Positions 39,954-49,658 of a stretch of 64,000 bases of DNA are shown here, piece after piece. This DNA comes from an uncultured Chloroflexia bacterium (lineage in GTDB: Bacteria > Chloroflexota > Limnocylindria > Limnocylindrales > CSP1-4), in assembly GCA_963748625.1 (NCBI GenBank), contig CAVVJT010000004.1, positions 256,001 to 320,000 on the forward strand. Direction: 5' to 3'. The notes under the pieces are model-generated. The model was not told where the DNA came from and did not search any database. It was given only the letters and a program-made list of their open reading frames with translations. Every line of letters begins with the position of its first letter. The first letter of the stretch is position 1. A program made the translations under genes and the position numbers.

Positions 39954-40577
39954 TCAGTTGCCCGGTGTGGGCTCGGACGTCGGCTCGGCGGTGGCGTCGT
40001 CGTCATCGTCGTGGTCGTCGTCATCGTCGTCGCCGCTGCCCGAGTGGTCGTCGGTCGGCTTCGCGGTGGCGTGGTCGTCATCGTCGTCGCGGTCACCGCC
40101 GTGGTCGTCGGTGGCGCCTGGTGAGGCGCTCGCGTCGTCGTCGTCCATGTCCTCGTCCGAGTCGTCGTCATCGTCGTCGCCGCTGCCCGAGTGCTCGTCG
40201 GTCGGCTTCGCGGTGGCGTCATCGTCCGAGGAAGCGTCGTCGCGGTCACCGCCGTGGTCGTCGGTGGCCTGCTCGGACTCCGGGGTGCCTGTGGGCTCCT
40301 CGGTGGCGTCGTCAGCCTCCGGGGACCCGGTCGGCTCCTCGGACTTGAGCTCGTCGGTCGCCTCGGGCGACCCGCTGGCCTCGGGGGACTCCGACTCGTC
40401 CTCGATCTCCATCGTGGCGTCGTCGGCCGGGTTCGTGGTGGAGGTCGACGCGGGGCTGTCATCGGTCGCGCGACCGCCGCTCACGAAGGTGCTGGTGGCG
40501 AACGTCGCACCGGCAACAAGGAAGACGGCGACAAGCGCAGTGCCGGCCGACCGGACCGTGGTGTGGGTGAGACGCAT
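39954..40577 (-). CDS. Secreted Asp/His-rich low-complexity protein (DDHGGD and HSGSG repeats)
   Basis: Signal peptide ending in ATFA; a unit of about 100 bp is duplicated at 40014-40115 and 40161-40267. Confidence 0.7.
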   Translation of the reverse strand: MRLTHTTVRSAGTALVAVFLVAGATFATSTFVSGGRATDDSPASTSTTNPADDATMEIEDESESPEASGSPEATDELKSEEPTGSPEADDATEEPTGTPESEQATDDHGGDRDDASSDDDATAKPTDEHSGSGDDDDDDSDEDMDDDDASASPGATDDHGGDRDDDDDHATAKPTDDHSGSGDDDDDDHDDDDDATAEPTSEPTPGN

Positions 40578-40637
40578 CCGTGAACCTGGCTCTCTGGGTG
40601 GTGTCGTGCGCGGCTCCCTCGGCCGCGTCACACCTCC

Positions 40638-40665
40638 TGAGGCAGTTGCGCGTGCAAAGGTTTCA
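40638..40665 (-). promoter_or_regulatory. ECF-type promoter TGAAAC-N16-GCCTCA
   Basis: TGAAAC -35 with a 16-nt spacer upstream of the first gene of the cassette. Confidence 0.45.
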
Positions 40666-41874
40666 GGCGGTCTCAGCAGGGTCGGCGGCGACCGGAGCTC
40701 GAGCCGGGAGCGCGCCCGATCCGGCCTCCAGACGGCGCAGCTCGGGCACGAGGACCGCGACCACCATCGTCACCAGCAAGGTGATGACGCACCCGATGAC
40801 CAGCGCGACGGTCGCCGTCATGTGCTCCGCCACCGCACCCGATGCGATGTTGCCGATCGGAATCAAGCCCCAGGACGTGAGGATGTACAGGCTCAGCACC
40901 CTTCCCCGAAGACGGCCGGGGACCAGGACCTGGAGCAGGGTGTTCGACGTGGCGTAGTAGACGACCTGGCACGCTCCAAGGACGGCGAGCGCCGCCATGG
41001 AGACGGGCAGCGACCGCGACACCGCGAACACGATCTCCGCGATGCACGCGATCACGAGGCCGGCCAGCAGGGATCGCCCGCTGCCCCCGGACGGCCGCAG
41101 GATGGCGAGACCGAGGGCGCCCGCGAGCGCACCCACGCCGATCGCCGCGGACAGCATCCCGAGGCCCGTCGCGCCGATCCCGAGGACGTCCCGCGCAAAG
41201 ACCGGCAGGAGCATCAGGTAGTTCAGCAGGAACAGCGCCGGCACACCCGCCAGGAGCACGAGTGTGGCCACGATGCGCCGGCTGCGGACGTAGCGCACGC
41301 CGTCCATGAGGTTCGCCCACAGGGAGGCCGCCTGGGTCCGCGAGGATGCCGACGCCGGGACCCGCAGCCGCCAGAAGATCGTCGCCACCGCGAGCAGGGC
41401 GAATGCGTTGGCCCAGAACGCGATCCCCAGGCCTCCCGCGGCGATGGCCGCACCCGCCAAGGCCGGCCCCAGGATCCGCGAGAGGTTGAACTGGGCGGAG
41501 TTGAGCGCCACCGCGGAGCCGATGGCCTCGCGCTCGACCAGGCTGGGCACGATCGCCTGGTAGGTGGGGTTCTGCATGGCGTTGGCGGTGCCCATCAGGA
41601 AGGCCAGGACCGCCACCTGCCAGAACTGGACGAGACCCGTGGTGACCAGGATCGCGAGCACGAGGGCGAGGGCGGCGCTGGTCAGCTGGGTGGACGCGAG
41701 GAGGCGGCGCCGGTCGAAGCGGTCCGCCGCCACGCCCGCCATGGGCGAGAGCAGCAGGACCGGCAGGATCTGGAGACCCGACACGACGCCCAGGGCCGCA
41801 GGTGAGTTCGTCAGCTCCAGGACCAGCCAGCCCTGGGCGGTCCCCTGCATGAACGCCCCGATCGAGCCGACCAT
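40663..41874 (-). CDS. MFS transporter (MFS_3/DHA3-like)
   Basis: QGWLVLELTNSP, GVAADRFDRRRL and AVALNSAQFNLSRILGP; the frame is open further upstream, so the start is uncertain. Confidence 0.9.
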   Translation of the reverse strand: MVGSIGAFMQGTAQGWLVLELTNSPAALGVVSGLQILPVLLLSPMAGVAADRFDRRRLLASTQLTSAALALVLAILVTTGLVQFWQVAVLAFLMGTANAMQNPTYQAIVPSLVEREAIGSAVALNSAQFNLSRILGPALAGAAIAAGGLGIAFWANAFALLAVATIFWRLRVPASASSRTQAASLWANLMDGVRYVRSRRIVATLVLLAGVPALFLLNYLMLLPVFARDVLGIGATGLGMLSAAIGVGALAGALGLAILRPSGGSGRSLLAGLVIACIAEIVFAVSRSLPVSMAALAVLGACQVVYYATSNTLLQVLVPGRLRGRVLSLYILTSWGLIPIGNIASGAVAEHMTATVALVIGCVITLLVTMVVAVLVPELRRLEAGSGALPARAPVAADPAETA

Positions 41875-41974
41875 CGCGCCCGCCAGGAACGACCGGAATG
41901 TGGGGTAGGCAAGCGCAGGGAAGCGCCCACCGGCGCCTCCGGATTGCGTGGACCTGTGCCCCTCGGACGTGGGT

Positions 41975-43378
41975 TCAGCCCTCCGCGGGCGGCACCGGAT
42001 CGGCGTCGCGGATCACGTCGAGCGGTCCCAAGGCGAGGCCATCGAGCTCCACGCCGAACGTGTCGTGATCCCCCACCAGGACGACCGCAGCCCGGTCGGG
42101 CCGGATGTGCTCCTGCGCGACGCGCTGGACGTCGGCGGTGGTCACCGCCTCGATGGCCTCGCGGTAGCGGGCGAGCTCGTCGTCGGGGAGGCGATGGACG
42201 AAGAGGCCCGCGAGTGACCCTGCCACGGGACCCGGGGTCTCGAAACGGAGCGGGAACACGCCGACCAGGAAGTCACGCGCGGCGCGCAGCTCGTCGTCCG
42301 TGACGGCGGTCTCGCGAATGCGCTCCAGTTCGGCGAAGAACTCCCGGAGCGCCGGCACCGTGGCCTCGGAGTTGACGGCCGCACGCGCGCTGAACGGGCC
42401 GGGGGCGCGCCGCAGGTCGAAGCCGGCACTGGCGCCGTACGTGTAGCCCTTCTCCTCGCGCAGGTTGCGATTCAGGCGGGAGTTGAAGAGACCGCCGAGG
42501 ATCATGCTCATGACCGACACGGCATGGAAGTCGGGGCTGCTGCGAGCGAGGCCCGGGTGGCCGATCCGGATCTCGGTCTGGACCGAGCCTGCCCGGTGGA
42601 CGACCCGCACGAAGCGCTCCGCCACGGCGCTCGTGGCGTCGATGGGCGCAGCATTGGCGGTGGGTCCGCCAGCCGGACCCTGCCACGCGCCGAGCAGCGA
42701 CTCGGCGATTCCCAGGGCGTCTTCGGGTTCGACGTCGCCGACGACCACCAGCGCGGACTGCGCAGGATGGAACGCGCGCTCGTGGACGGCCCGCAGGTGG
42801 TCCGGCTCAAGCAGGGCGACGGTCTCCGACGAGCCGCCCGCGGGACGGTGGTATGGGCTGGACGCGGCGTAGATCGAGGAGACGAACGCCTCCTCGGCAC
42901 GACGCCGCGGATCGGCCCTGGCCTGGAGCAGGTCGGTAAGACGCTCCTCCCGGAGGCGGTGCATCTCTGACTCGGGGAACGACGGACGGAGCACGACCTC
43001 AGCGAGGAGCTCCATGGCGGGTGCAAGGCGGCTGGCCGGAACGTCGAGCCCGGCGGACGTCGCATCCCAGCCGGCCTCGGCGTGGAGCGAGGCGCCCAGG
43101 CGCTCGGCAGCATCCGAGAGGGCGATGGCATCGTGGAGCTCCGTGCCCTCGGTGAGGCCGCGGGCGCCAAGGACCGTCGCGCCTCCCAGGGCGGACGGCT
43201 CGTCAGCGGCTCCGTTGCGGATCACGAGGGACGCGGTCACGAGCTCGCGGCCGGCCATCGGGGTCACCACGACCTGCAGGCCGTTGGGGAGCGCGGTGCG
43301 CACGGTGGCCGGGAACTCGTACGGCCGGGGGTCGCCCGGCACCGGGCGCGTGGTGATCATCGGACGCTCGGTGCTCAC
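41975..43378 (-). CDS. M16B peptidase, non-catalytic subunit
   Basis: LPNGL and ILGGLFNSRLNRNLREEKGYTY; no HxxEH. Confidence 0.9.
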   Translation of the reverse strand: MSTERPMITTRPVPGDPRPYEFPATVRTALPNGLQVVVTPMAGRELVTASLVIRNGAADEPSALGGATVLGARGLTEGTELHDAIALSDAAERLGASLHAEAGWDATSAGLDVPASRLAPAMELLAEVVLRPSFPESEMHRLREERLTDLLQARADPRRRAEEAFVSSIYAASSPYHRPAGGSSETVALLEPDHLRAVHERAFHPAQSALVVVGDVEPEDALGIAESLLGAWQGPAGGPTANAAPIDATSAVAERFVRVVHRAGSVQTEIRIGHPGLARSSPDFHAVSVMSMILGGLFNSRLNRNLREEKGYTYGASAGFDLRRAPGPFSARAAVNSEATVPALREFFAELERIRETAVTDDELRAARDFLVGVFPLRFETPGPVAGSLAGLFVHRLPDDELARYREAIEAVTTADVQRVAQEHIRPDRAAVVLVGDHDTFGVELDGLALGPLDVIRDADPVPPAEG

Positions 43379-44748
43379 GCCGCCTCCTCGTCGCCGGCTT
43401 CGCCGCCGCTCGCGTCCCCGCCGGTCCCGCCGGTCTCGCCGCCGCCGGTCCCGCCGTCGGCCGCAGTGTCACCCGCGGCGGCGGGCACGTAGGTCAGGAT
43501 CACGCGGTTGTCCGCGCGGAAGACCTCGCGCGCGGCATCGCGGACCTGCTCGGCGGTGACCGCGAGGTAGCGCGGCAGGAGTGTGTTGATCAGGTCGGGG
43601 TCGTCGAAGAGACCCGCGTACTCCGAGAGGCGGCGCGCGCGCTCCTCCACGCGGGCGAGCGAGCCCAGCTCGTCGGCCTCGGTGAGGGCCTTGGCGCGGG
43701 CCATCTCGTCCTCGCCCGGGACTTCGGCGGCCAGGCGCTCCAGCTCCTCGAAGAAGGCGGCCTCCACCTGCTCCACCGGCACGTCCGACTTGACCGTTGC
43801 CACGCCGAGGCACACCGACGACCCGCCGACGAAACCCCACGTGCCGAGCTCCACGTCCTGCGCGATCCGCTCGTCACGGACGAGGCGCTTGTGGAGGCGG
43901 CTGCTCCGTCCGCCGGTGAGGAGCTGGCAGCCCAGCTCGAGGGCGTCGAGCCGCTCGTCGCCGTAGACGGGTGCCCGGAACCCGATGTAGAGCCGCGCGA
44001 GCGGGACCCGGTCCTCGACGGTCTCGCGACGCTCCTCGCCCAGGAGGGCCGGCAGCGACATGTCGGGCAGCGGCGGGATGGCCGGGTTGGCGGGGATCGG
44101 CCCGAAGTACCGCTCGGCCCAGGCCATGACCTGGTCGTGCTCGCAGTCCCCTACCACGGCGAGCGTCGCGTTGTTGGGCGCGTAGTAGGTGGCGAAGAAC
44201 TCGCTGACGTCCTCGAGCGACGCGGCGTCGAGGTCCTCCATCGAGCCGATCGTGGGATGGTGGTACGGGTGGTCCTCGGGATAGAGGTGGCCGAAGAGCT
44301 TCTGGACCCAGCTGCCGTACGGGCGGTTGTCGTAGCTCCAGCGCTTCTCGTTCTTGACCACGTCGCGCTGGTTGTCCAGGTTCTCCTGGCTGAGTGCGTC
44401 GAGGAGGGTGCCCATCCGGTCGGCCTCCAGCCAGAGCGCGAGCTCCAGCTGGTGCGACGGCAGGGTCTCGTAGTAGTTGGTCCGGTCCAGCCAGGTGGTC
44501 CCGTTGAGCGTGCCACCGGCGGCCTGCACGAGCTGCATGTGCTCTGTCTTGCCGACGTTCGCGGAACCTTGGAACATCACGTGCTCGAACAGGTGCGCAA
44601 AGCCGGTCTTGCCTGGGACCTCGTGTTTCGAGCCGACGTTGTACCAGATGTGGACACCCACGACGGGCGCGAGATGGTCCTCGGCGATGATCACGCGGAG
44701 GCCGTTGGGGAGACGCTCGTCGGTGAACGCGACGACGGGAACGGGCAT
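43375..44748 (-). CDS. M16B peptidase, catalytic subunit
   Basis: GFAHLFEHVMFQGS, NGTT...TNYYE and YYAPNNA. Confidence 0.92.
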   Translation of the reverse strand: MPVPVVAFTDERLPNGLRVIIAEDHLAPVVGVHIWYNVGSKHEVPGKTGFAHLFEHVMFQGSANVGKTEHMQLVQAAGGTLNGTTWLDRTNYYETLPSHQLELALWLEADRMGTLLDALSQENLDNQRDVVKNEKRWSYDNRPYGSWVQKLFGHLYPEDHPYHHPTIGSMEDLDAASLEDVSEFFATYYAPNNATLAVVGDCEHDQVMAWAERYFGPIPANPAIPPLPDMSLPALLGEERRETVEDRVPLARLYIGFRAPVYGDERLDALELGCQLLTGGRSSRLHKRLVRDERIAQDVELGTWGFVGGSSVCLGVATVKSDVPVEQVEAAFFEELERLAAEVPGEDEMARAKALTEADELGSLARVEERARRLSEYAGLFDDPDLINTLLPRYLAVTAEQVRDAAREVFRADNRVILTYVPAAAGDTAADGGTGGGETGGTGGDASGGEAGDEEAA

Positions 44749-44863
44749 GCGGGCGGGGTTCCTCCGGTGGGGCGGGTACGGGGATTGTACGGGTCGCGGG
44801 CGTCGGCCCCCCGCGGAACACCCGCCGGCCGCCCACATCCGGACGGGGCCCGCCGTCGCCTTC

Positions 44864-44904
44864 TTGACAACGCCTCGGCTCGTGTTAGATGATCATCTAA
44901 CACG
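44864..44904 (+). promoter_or_regulatory. TTGACA promoter overlapped by perfect 24-bp palindrome CGTGTTAGATGATCATCTAACACG (likely ArsR operator)
   Basis: TTGACA at 44864-44869; palindrome at 44881-44904 covers the -10 region. Confidence 0.8.
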
Positions 44905-44925
44905 CGTTCGATCAGTCAGGATGTC

Positions 44926-45999
44926 ATGCGTACAGCCGCCAGGCCTACCCTGCCCGCTGCCCCCTCGCCGGCCCCGCTCCGCCGTGTCGGCGCGATGGCG
45001 GACCTTCCCGCGACATTCGACATCCGCACGGCATTCGACTTCGCGATCAGCCTTGCCGTGGAGGTGGGTGAGCACGACGAGCTGCCCGCCGAAGACCGCA
45101 CCTGGCTTGACCAGGCTCGTGGCTCACTCCCCGAGCGGGTCCGCGCCACCGTCGAGGACGAGCTGTGCATCTTCGCCGCCGGCCTCGTGGTCGATCATCC
45201 CGAGGTGACGGACGCTGCAGGCGTGGTGGACCTCCTCCGCGCCACAGCCGGCGCGACCTTCGCCCGGGCGATCCTCGCCGAGGGCCTGCGCGACCCCGAG
45301 CGCCAGGCGGACGTCGCGGCAGCGCTCGGCGGCGACCGCGACGCGATGGCCCGCGTGACCGACGCCTGGCCCACGTCCAAGCGGGACTGGGTCGGCCGGC
45401 TCGTCGATGATCCCGACAGCCTCGTGGGCGACCTCGTCGAGCTGCTGGACGCCTGGCTCCCTCGCTATCGGGAGATCGAGCCGAGAGTCCGCTCGATCAT
45501 CACCCGCGACGTCGAGCTCCGGGCCGCGGATCGCGCCGCGCTGCCGCCGGCCGAGCTCGTCGAGCGGACCACCAACGGCATCCGCTGGCTGTCCGAACCC
45601 GGCGTGCGACGCGTCGTGCTGGCGCCGTCCTACCTCGTGCGCCCGTACAACTTCACGTTCGCCGGCGGGGACTGGCGGCTCTTCGTGTACCCCGTCGCTG
45701 ATGCCGCCCTGGAGCCTCACGATCCTTACGCCCCACCGGTGGCCCTGCTCCGCCTGCACCGGGCGCTGGGTGACGAGTCGCGGCTGCGGATCCTGCGCCT
45801 GCTGCGGGACCGCGACTGCTACCTGACCGAGATCGCGGAGCGCATGGAGCTGTCCAAGCCCACGATCAAGCACCACCTCGCCCACCTGCGGGCAGCCGGT
45901 CTCGTGACCCTGACCGAGGAGGGCGGGCTCTCCTACTACAGCTTGCGACGCGAACGGCTCGACGACGCCTCGTCGGAGCTCAAGCGCTACCTGGCCTAG
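44926..45999 (+). CDS. ArsR-family regulator with long N-terminal domain
   Basis: C-terminal ALGDESRLRIL...EIAERMELSKPTIKHHLAHLRAAGLV. Confidence 0.9.
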   Translation: MRTAARPTLPAAPSPAPLRRVGAMADLPATFDIRTAFDFAISLAVEVGEHDELPAEDRTWLDQARGSLPERVRATVEDELCIFAAGLVVDHPEVTDAAGVVDLLRATAGATFARAILAEGLRDPERQADVAAALGGDRDAMARVTDAWPTSKRDWVGRLVDDPDSLVGDLVELLDAWLPRYREIEPRVRSIITRDVELRAADRAALPPAELVERTTNGIRWLSEPGVRRVVLAPSYLVRPYNFTFAGGDWRLFVYPVADAALEPHDPYAPPVALLRLHRALGDESRLRILRLLRDRDCYLTEIAERMELSKPTIKHHLAHLRAAGLVTLTEEGGLSYYSLRRERLDDASSELKRYLA

Positions 46000-46024
46000 C
46001 CGGCCATCAAGGAGGTCCACACCG

Positions 46025-46231
46025 ATGCCTGACCAGCTGAACATCAACGGCACCGACTTCCTCGCCCACGAGCGCGCGGGCGATCTGCGCTCGACGGCAC
46101 ATGAGCTTCACGGCATCCCGAAGCCCCAGGGACTTGCCCATGCCCACGGCGGCCGCGTGCAGCGTGTGCGTGCCACGCTCGGCCGCCGGCTGATCTCCCT
46201 GGGCTCGGCCGTGGCCGGCCACCACGACTGA
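46025..46231 (+). CDS. Small hypothetical protein (68 aa)
   Basis: AAGGAGGT SD; RATLGRRLISLGSAVAG helix similar to that of 9886..10173. Confidence 0.7.
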   Translation: MPDQLNINGTDFLAHERAGDLRSTAHELHGIPKPQGLAHAHGGRVQRVRATLGRRLISLGSAVAGHHD

Positions 46232-46270
46232 GGTGGCGCGCCGTGACGGTGACGCGGAGGCCGGAGACAG

Positions 46271-46696
46271 CTAGATCGGGAGCAGCACCAGCAGGACGGT
46301 GAACGGCAGGGCGAGCAGCAGCGAGTCGCGCGTGAGGCGCCCGGCCGCGGCAAGGTCTGCCTTGTGCGCCGCCGTATCAGCCACCGTCTGCATCGACACG
46401 TGGCCATCACCGAAGTTGCTGTTGCCCGAGATGGCGTAGCCGGCGCAGAAGCGGCGCCGGGCCTGGAGCCACGAGAAGAAGCCGCCCCACAGCGGGAACA
46501 GCACCAGCAGACGTGCCCAGGACGGGGCGCCGATGGCCAGGAGCACTCCGAACAACGCTGCCGCGGCCACAAACGCGACGATCGCGAACGCCCGCCGGCG
46601 GCGGATCTCCCACGGCCCGATGTTGCACGCCCCCGCCACGTACTCGTGACCCGGCACCGGCGCGATGGGGGTGATGTTGCTGGACAGGCCTGTCAT
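46271..46696 (-). CDS. Hypothetical membrane protein (CNIG...RRR and FC motifs)
   Basis: GGAGG SD; three TM helices. Confidence 0.7.
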   Translation of the reverse strand: MTGLSSNITPIAPVPGHEYVAGACNIGPWEIRRRRAFAIVAFVAAAALFGVLLAIGAPSWARLLVLFPLWGGFFSWLQARRRFCAGYAISGNSNFGDGHVSMQTVADTAAHKADLAAAGRLTRDSLLLALPFTVLLVLLPI

Positions 46697-46811
46697 GGAT
46701 CCTCCGGAACGGACGCGAACGCTTCCTATGTTCATGTTCGCGCATCGGGAACCGATGGATGGGAGGAGGCTCGCGCACGTCGCGGGCGATCCGCCGGTAG
46801 ACTCCCGGCCC

Positions 46812-47450
46812 ATGAACCGTCGCGTCCCCTTCTTCGCCGTCGCGCTTGGCCTCCTGCTCACGGCCGGGAGCGCCATCCCCGTCCTTGCCCACGCCGAGCT
46901 CGTGACGTCAGACCCGGAGGCGGGCTCCACGGTCTCCGATGTCACCGAAGTGACCCTCGCGTTCAACGAGGCGCTCAAGAGGAGCGTCTCGTCCTTCAAG
47001 CTGATCGGGCCGGATGGGACCACGATCGGCACGGGAACGATTTCCAGTCCCAGGAGGATGTCGTTGTCCGGCCTCTCCCTGGGCCCTGGCGAGCACACCG
47101 TGAAGTGGACAGCCGCGGGCCAGGATGGCCACATCGATCGCGCCAAGTTCACGTTCACCGTCGAGGCCTCGCCCGAGACCGAGCCACCCGCCGCTACCGA
47201 CGCGCCGGCGGCCGCCCCGGCGGCCGGGGTGCCGGTCGCCACCGCGACACCGGCGTCGTCGACCAACGCTCCCACCGCTGCGCCGACGACCTCCGCGCCG
47301 ACCGCCGCGCCGACCGCCGCGCCGAGCGCTGCGCCCGAAACCGCCCCCGCTTCGACGTCCGGCACGGATGTCCTCCTGCCGATTGTCGGCGGCCTCGTGA
47401 TCGTCGGCCTCGTTGGCGCCCTCGTGCTGCGCCGAAGCCGCGCGGCCTGA
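46812..47450 (+). CDS. copC: CopC copper-binding protein with C-terminal membrane anchor
   Basis: VLA/HAELVTSDP, LAFNE and VKW...DGH; linker, TM and RRSR tail. Confidence 0.85.
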   Translation: MNRRVPFFAVALGLLLTAGSAIPVLAHAELVTSDPEAGSTVSDVTEVTLAFNEALKRSVSSFKLIGPDGTTIGTGTISSPRRMSLSGLSLGPGEHTVKWTAAGQDGHIDRAKFTFTVEASPETEPPAATDAPAAAPAAGVPVATATPASSTNAPTAAPTTSAPTAAPTAAPSAAPETAPASTSGTDVLLPIVGGLVIVGLVGALVLRRSRAA

Positions 47451-47454
47451 CCGG

Positions 47455-48980
47455 GTGAGCACGGGTCCGCGCGCACTGGTCGCGCGCCTCACGGGAGCGT
47501 CGCTCGCGCTGCTCGCGATCATCGCCCTGCCGGCGACGGTCGCCGCCCACGGCATGTCGCCCGTGTACCAGAGCCCGCTGCCCCTCGCGGTCTACCTGGT
47601 TGGCGCGGGCGCAACCGTCGCGCTCTCGTTCGTGTTCATCCTCGCGCGCAACCTGCGGGCCGCCCCGTACCCGTCACCGGTCCCCGTCCGCGTGCCGCGC
47701 CTGGTCAGGGTCGGGCTACGCGCCCTGGGACTGGCGGCGTGGACCTGGATCATGGTCCAGGGCATCGTGGGCGGCAGCTCGACGGCGGCCGTCGCTCCGC
47801 TGTTCCTGTGGATCTACGGCTGGGTGGGGCTCGCGGTCATCTCGGCGCTCTTCCTGCCGGTCTGGGAGTGGCTCGATCCCTTCGCGACCCTCCACGACAT
47901 CCTCGCCTGGATCGTGCGGCGCATGGGCGTGAAGGCGTGGAAGCCTGCCGCCCTGCCGAGGAGGCTGCGCCACTGGCCGGCCACCATCGGATTCGCCTTC
48001 TTCGTCTGGGTTGAGCTCGTGGCCGCACCCGGAAGCTCCACGCTCACCATCGTGCTCGCGGCGTACACCCTGCTGACGCTGGCCCTCATGGCCCAGTACG
48101 GCCGGGACCGCTGGCGCGGCGAGGGCGAGGTGTTCACCGTGTGGTTCCGCACCCTCAACCGGCTGGCTCCACTCGGTGTGGCCCGACGCGATGCCGCGGG
48201 CGCCGCCGTGCCGGCACGCATCGAGGACACGCCGGATCCCGCGATCCTCGTGCGGAGCGTCGTTCGCCTCGGGCCTGCTCGATGCGGCGTGGACCCCGCC
48301 CGTGATCGTGCTGGTGGCGCTCGGGACGGCATCGATCATCTTCGACGGCGCCAGCCAGACCGTGGTGTTCGCCACCATCTTCGGAGCACCCTCGCTGCTG
48401 GCCAAGACGCTGCTGCTGCTGGCCTGGCTCGGCCTCGTCTCGCTGGCGGCGCTGTGGGTCGCGCGGGCCGTCAGCCCGGGGGCGATCGGCGCGGGTCTGC
48501 TGCCGATCGCGGTCGGCTACCTCGTCGCCCACTACCTGACCTGGCTCCTGATCGACGGCCAGACGATCGTGATCGCGGCCTCCGACCCGGTCCAGCAGGG
48601 CTGGGACCTGTTCGGGACGGCGTTCTACGAACCGTCAGCGGGCTGGCTGCCACCGGGCCTCGTGTGGACCATGCAGCTGGCCGCGGTGGTCGGCGGGCAC
48701 ATGCTGGGCGCGTGGGCCGGCCACGTCACCGCCCTGCGTGACCTCGAGGTGGTCGCGCCAGGCAACGGCAACGGGCACAACCACCGGGACCTCCGCGCAT
48801 CGCACGATCCACGACCCCGCTCCCCTGCCCTCGGCGCGCCACATCCGGGCGCGCGAGATCCCGCTGGCGATCGTGATGGTCAGCCTGACGGTCCTGACGC
48901 TGTGGTCCCTGGGACAGGCGATCGTGATGGATGAGGGCCTTGAAGCCCGCACCGACCCGGGGCTGGCGCTGCGCCGCTGA
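47455..48980 (+). CDS. Polytopic membrane protein with mature N-terminal His (frameshifts near 48250 and 48830)
   Basis: VAA/HG...PLPLAVYL, LLPIAVGYLVAHY, SDP...GWDLFGTA and GHMLG. Confidence 0.7.
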
Positions 48981-49067
48981 CCCAGGCGTGTTCCCTGGGC
49001 CGATCGGAAGCCGGCCCGGACCGGCGGCGCAGACAGGATCCGGCGGCCGGGACCGGACGCGGGCCGT

Positions 49068-49551
49068 CTACTCGGCGGTGATCCGGTCGAGATGGAGCTC
49101 CGCGTCGAACAGGTTCATGCCGCTGTCCACGAGGTCCAGCAGCGCGGCCATCGTCCGCTCCTCCTCCACCTGCTCCTCGATGAACCACTGGAGGAACTGG
49201 AGGCTGCGATTGTCCTGCGCCTCGCGGGCGGCGTTGCCCAAGCGCCTCGAACTGGGCGGTCACCTTGCGCTCGCTGGCCTGGGCGACCTCGATCGCGGCG
49301 CGGGCCGAGGCATACTCGGTGGGGGCACCGGGCACTGCGGGCAGGGAGAAGGTGACGTCGTTGTCGACGAGGAACTCGATGATCTTGGAGCCGTGCTCGG
49401 CCTCCTCGATCGACTGGTCGCGGAAGAGCTTCGCCCAGCCGTTGAGGCTCTGGCGGGTGAAGTAGATCGAGATGCCCAGGTAGACCTGGTGGGCCCCGAA
49501 CTCGCTGCCCACCTGGGCGATGAGGAGCTTGCGCGGCTGGTCGGCGATCAT
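49068..49551 (-). CDS. Ferritin (frameshift near 49245)
   Basis: E...Y, EEAEH and SE ferroxidase residues; FLQWFIEEQVEEE in the second frame. Confidence 0.88.
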
Positions 49552-49658
49552 CGGGAGCCTCACTGACGGTGCGTGTCCCCCGATGCTACGCCTGCCCGCC
49601 GATGTCGGCCCGCCGGGGGTCACTCCCGTCCCGCCGCCGCGACGCCAGCCCGAAGCTG

